Assembly: GCA_030704615.1 (NCBI GenBank)
Contig: CM060731.1
Span: forward strand, 11,718,001 to 11,782,000
Reading direction: 5' to 3'
DNA length: 64,000 bases
DNA from: Takakia lepidozioides
Lineage: Eukaryota > Plantae > Bryophyta
Both the position numbers and the translations under genes were made by a program. This document shows positions 61,873 to 64,000 of the stretch, piece by piece; positions within the stretch are counted from its first letter, which is position 1, and each line of letters starts with the position of its first letter. The notes under the pieces are model-generated. The model saw nothing but the letters and a program-made list of their open reading frames with translations, searched no databases and had not been told where the DNA came from.

Positions 61873-62562
61873 GGGTGATTGCAAACTAGAGTGGACCAAA
61901 AACGGCAGATCATGAGTACATAAAGAGTACATAAAAGAGGAAGTGGCGAATCCTCAACCATCGGATTTGTTTCAATTGACAATCTTGACCGTCTATTATT
62001 GACTGTTAAAACCAAGATTTTCAAATTGCGATAATATCAATTCACAAATGTTTTTTTGAAATTTGATCATAATCAACTCTGCATTTATGGTGAGAGAATG
62101 CGTCTAATGAAAAAAGATTTGATATTTCAAAAGAATTTAGTCATAAAGGACTTTATGAAAATAGCTATTTTTGAGGCTCAATATAGTACATTATTTTTTT
62201 TTAAACTTCATATTTTTGAATGATAGTTTTCATTCCAGATTCCTCATTCTCCAAAGCAAGGTTAAGAGAGTCCCTTTTCTTGACTTTGTTCTAGCTCATA
62301 TATTAAAAAAGTCCATAACGTCTTTTTTTATGGACTGTGACAATTCCTTATGGACTTTTTAAAAGTCCATAGTATCTAGAGATTCTGATTTTTGATAATG
62401 AGATTTAAAAGTGTGAAAGTATATGTAGATGAGCCTCTATATATTAGTCCCTTTTTATTGATGGCATTGTCATGTAGGAGTATGATAATTTACCACTATT
62501 CTATGTCTGGAAAAAACAGTGTTGTGACAACAAAAAATGGACACTGTAGGCTGCAATCACCC
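61873..62562. mobile_element. Non-autonomous TIR element (MITE), copy 2, inverted relative to copy 1
   Basis: Perfect 11-bp TIR GGGTGATTGCA / TGCAATCACCC; flanks AACA / AACT; colinear reverse complement of 19017-19701. Confidence 0.88.
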
Positions 62563-64000
62563 AACTGACATGGATCTGTTAACTTTATTTCGTTCAAAAT
62601 TGGGCGAAGGAAACACACTGCAACGATGCCGTGTATGGCTTCGCTTTACATGCATTCTTGAAGAAAATGCGCATGATCAGAGAGAAGTGAACACAGTGCT
62701 CTGCCAAATAATTCAGCAAAAACAAACTCAACTGTAGTGGTTCTCCCATCGCAGAGAAGGGTCCATTTGACACCCATCGCACCATGCCAGGCTGAGGTCC
62801 TCACACACACACCTGCACACCGAGAATTTGCGAACCACATCAGCTGGGAGAACATGGAAATTACCCCGTGGATCACATGCAAGCATGAATGGGAAATGGA
62901 AGGAGAATTGCATGGGAGATTTTGGTGTACCTACGCGACGTGCAACTCTGTCTACATACTCCATAAGTCACTGTCCCAAGACCCAAGTGGACAGGGGAGG
63001 CCGGTGAATATGCACCACAAATGGTAGTCATACAGCAGAGGGTATTGCCGCCCAACTCGCAAAAGCCGTCGGCTGCAAGATGCTAGGCATGCGAACTCCG
63101 GCACAGCACGCCTCCTCTACACCCCACTCCGTCCCAACCAGTGCAAAACAACCGTGCATGCATTGACTGCCCTCTAGCTTTCTCTCCAGGCATTTGGGGG
63201 TCTGCGATCTGCTACACGTAAGTGTCTTTGAGACGACGATCAAAGGATCCGGTCACTTGCAGTTGCCGTCTCAAGGGCAGCATTGCAAGAATCACAATTA
63301 AGTAAGAAAGATGGTGGAAGAAGCTGCAAACTGCAAATGAGTGAAGTGGCAGGGCGATGCTCCATTCTTAACATGCTCCCCTTCCCGCCATGGTGATAGA
63401 GCCACACAAATGGACTCCCTCCCCGCCACGGTGCAATTTCAAGGCAACGGAACGGGATTGTCCACCGAAACGTGATTTGGAGAGCGCGGCCGAATCCGTG
63501 ATGGAATTCGACCTTCCAATACATGATTCCTCAATCCGTCTCACTCTTCTGCTGAGGGTGGCGTGGGGCGGACTACCCCCTGCTACAAACTTTTGATCGT
63601 AATGCGATTTTGAGAGAGGAATCAATGCAGCCGGAAATTGTGCAGATGATGACCGACGATGACTGGAGTTCACTGCGCATGGCCTGAGACAAGTGGCACA
63701 GGTTCTGGCCTTCTAGTCGGGTTGTTCACACTTCAATGCACACATTTGATACACATTCGACCATATGCCCAAGATCACGACGTCCTGAATCCTGAAAATT
63801 GAAATTCCACGTACGTCCTCCAATTCCTCACACACACACGAACTGTAGAGGCAGGTGGTTATCGAGAATGTCATTGTTTGAGCCGTTTGGTCATTTCTCT
63901 CAGTGTCTTGTTGAAAGGATTCCAGTTATGATGGGAAGCATCTTGATGGCTTTTAAATGGTTTGCTGTTGAGTGTAACTTTCCATCATGTTCTGGAATCT

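Noticed and set aside
62570-63900. Cys/Trp-rich ORFs as a transposase remnant
   Set aside because: No DDE, zinc-finger or other motif recognised; cannot support a call without a search

Overview
Eukaryotic nuclear DNA from a land plant with flagellated sperm, most likely a bryophyte or other seed-free plant. The evidence is GT-AG introns, plastid-targeted genes and an axonemal CCDC146/MBO2 gene. Conventional host genes: an intronless bifunctional nuclease (BBD), a rhomboid-like UBA protein, chloroplast TAB2, a FRIGIDA-like gene, CCDC146/MBO2, a fibrillin (FBN10/PAP12) and the F-box protein SKIP5. Repeat and TE-rich tracts lie at about 8.9-20 kb and 58-64 kb, and LINE fragments sit in several introns. 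Two findings stand out. (1) A degenerate, intron-containing gene for a bacterial-type beta-class amino (N6-adenine/N4-cytosine) DNA methyltransferase at about 12.6-13.9 kb (minus strand), hidden across several reading frames. (2) A divergent XRCC4 paralog that a predicted 94-nt intron would join in frame to a DUF3444 protein, giving an unusual chimeric DNA-repair-related gene. All family assignments are from recognised motifs; no database searches were run.
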